DNA of 64,000 nt from Podospora anserina (lineage: Eukaryota). Location of the stretch: positions 1,364,001 to 1,428,000 of the forward strand of contig CM030336.1 of NCBI GenBank assembly GCA_017654855.1, given 5' to 3'. Made by a program: the position numbers and the translations under genes. A model generated the notes under the pieces. It was not told where the DNA came from. It saw nothing but the letters and a program-made list of their open reading frames with translations, and ran no database searches. Below, piece after piece: positions 62,687 through 64,000 of this stretch; positions within the stretch are counted from its first letter, which is position 1; each line of letters opens with the position of its first letter.

Positions 62687-64000
62687 ACTCGCAGGGACCT
62701 TACTAGATCAACGCGGACGCGGCAGTCGTCTGTTTGTTTTGGTCGCTGTCGAAGGATAATTTGCGAAGTTGGGATCTGGGAGGAGGTTTGCTCCGAAATG
62801 TGAGCTGCCGCATGATCACCTACCCCTACACCGACCTCGCAACAAATAAGCCGACCAGCCCGGCTATTCCGATTGAATCAAGTCGGAGCTTGGAAATTCC
62901 GTGAAGTTGCCGTGCACAATGAGGCACGTTCCGTCTGAGCGACAACTCCCGCACAACGTGTCGAAAGATTTCATGAAGCATTCACCCCAGTATGAGGAGA
63001 CAGGGAGATAACAGGTAAAATGGTGTCGCTCCCAAGGCTTCGACGCCATGTTGGTTGTTACCCCCAGGGAGGCCCAAGTGTATTTCTACCCAGGAATGTC
63101 TTGGTGGGACTGCATCTTACCAAGTACCTAGGATGCGACGTTTCTGTGTATATCTTCCTCGAATCAAACATTTGGGGATCGGCCAAGCCTTGCACATTCC
63201 GTGTCACCATTTAATCAAGCGCAGATGAGGCCAGTTCCGACTTTGATAAATCTACACCACGTCTAGTGATCGGTTCGCCTATCTGTGGCGCTCTTAGTCT
63301 CATGCATGTGTACAGCCGTGGCCCGGACCGGTGAAAAAATGGGCCAATCATTTCTCGACCGGCGAAGAAAACCAGCCAATGGCCCTCTGCTCTGTGGGGG
63401 AACACTTCAGAGGCACTCAACTCCACATTCTCTGTCAAGCCGTATGGCACATTCCATGACGCACTGTATTGCACCCTCTGCAATACGACATCTGCAACTT
63501 TCTATATTTCGAATTCTACCGCTAAGCTCATCATGAACACAAAATGACAATTTTGAGGTAATTTATTTGGATGGGCGGTGCGAAATGGCGGCAAGTGGAA
63601 GATAGGTACCTTACCTACCTTGAGAGCCCCAAGATGTTGTCCACTGTGAGCCTTGCCATGATTGACTGTCCAAGTGAACAGGAGGTCAGGTTCTAGGCCA
63701 AGGCAGGGCATGCGCAATTGCTTTGAGGGGAAAAGCGCATTTTTGGTTTGTTGAGCCTCGCTGCGGCCCATTTCACAGAATCGACGACATGAGCATGCCG
63801 TGAAACGAGGAATTTGTTGGCATATAAACAGCCAATCTGACAACATGCTTTTTTTTTGGGTCGAGTTCACTCAACAAACAGAATACCTAAGCCTGCTCAC
63901 CAGCATCTACCTCGATTCTTACAATGAGGGATAGCCTCAAGTTTCTTTGTGAACTCCCAATCTACCAGGAGGAACAGCCTTACCAGCTTGTGGGCTATCC

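Overview
Intron-containing filamentous-ascomycete DNA; gene style, RIP-mutated repeats and TAGGTA/TACCTA-rich spacers suggest Sordariales, possibly Podospora (inference, not database-checked). Bases 1-33 kb mix intact genes with many decayed ones. Intact: secreted knottin-tailed protein, Cys-rich ABCG half-transporter, tRNA-Gly(GCC), UVI-1-like protein, PAF-acetylhydrolase, MARVEL-like 4TM protein and an atypical GH7. Decayed: a Gly-rich/ubiquitin-like/H-type-lectin cluster, a membrane protein, a beta-lactamase-family hydrolase, an AAA ATPase and three paralogues of an unrecognised family. Bases 33.3-43.3 kb are an AT-rich RIP island: a Fot1/pogo transposon with a nested 703-bp solo LTR, then a full-length 7.18-kb Ty3/Gypsy element. 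The right end holds a CaiB CoA-transferase and an immunity-like cluster (HET-domain gene, SDR, CorA-like protein, hydrolase-NB-ARC-TPR NLR). The best leads are: a single UAG separating the MARVEL-like ORF from a 266-codon in-frame extension (candidate stop-loss A-to-I editing or readthrough); the NLR with a dead hydrolase domain beside CorA-like and HET genes; a GGxAxGG motif shared by three neighbouring genes; the three-copy unknown family; and a GH7 missing two catalytic acids. Exon models were made by eye.
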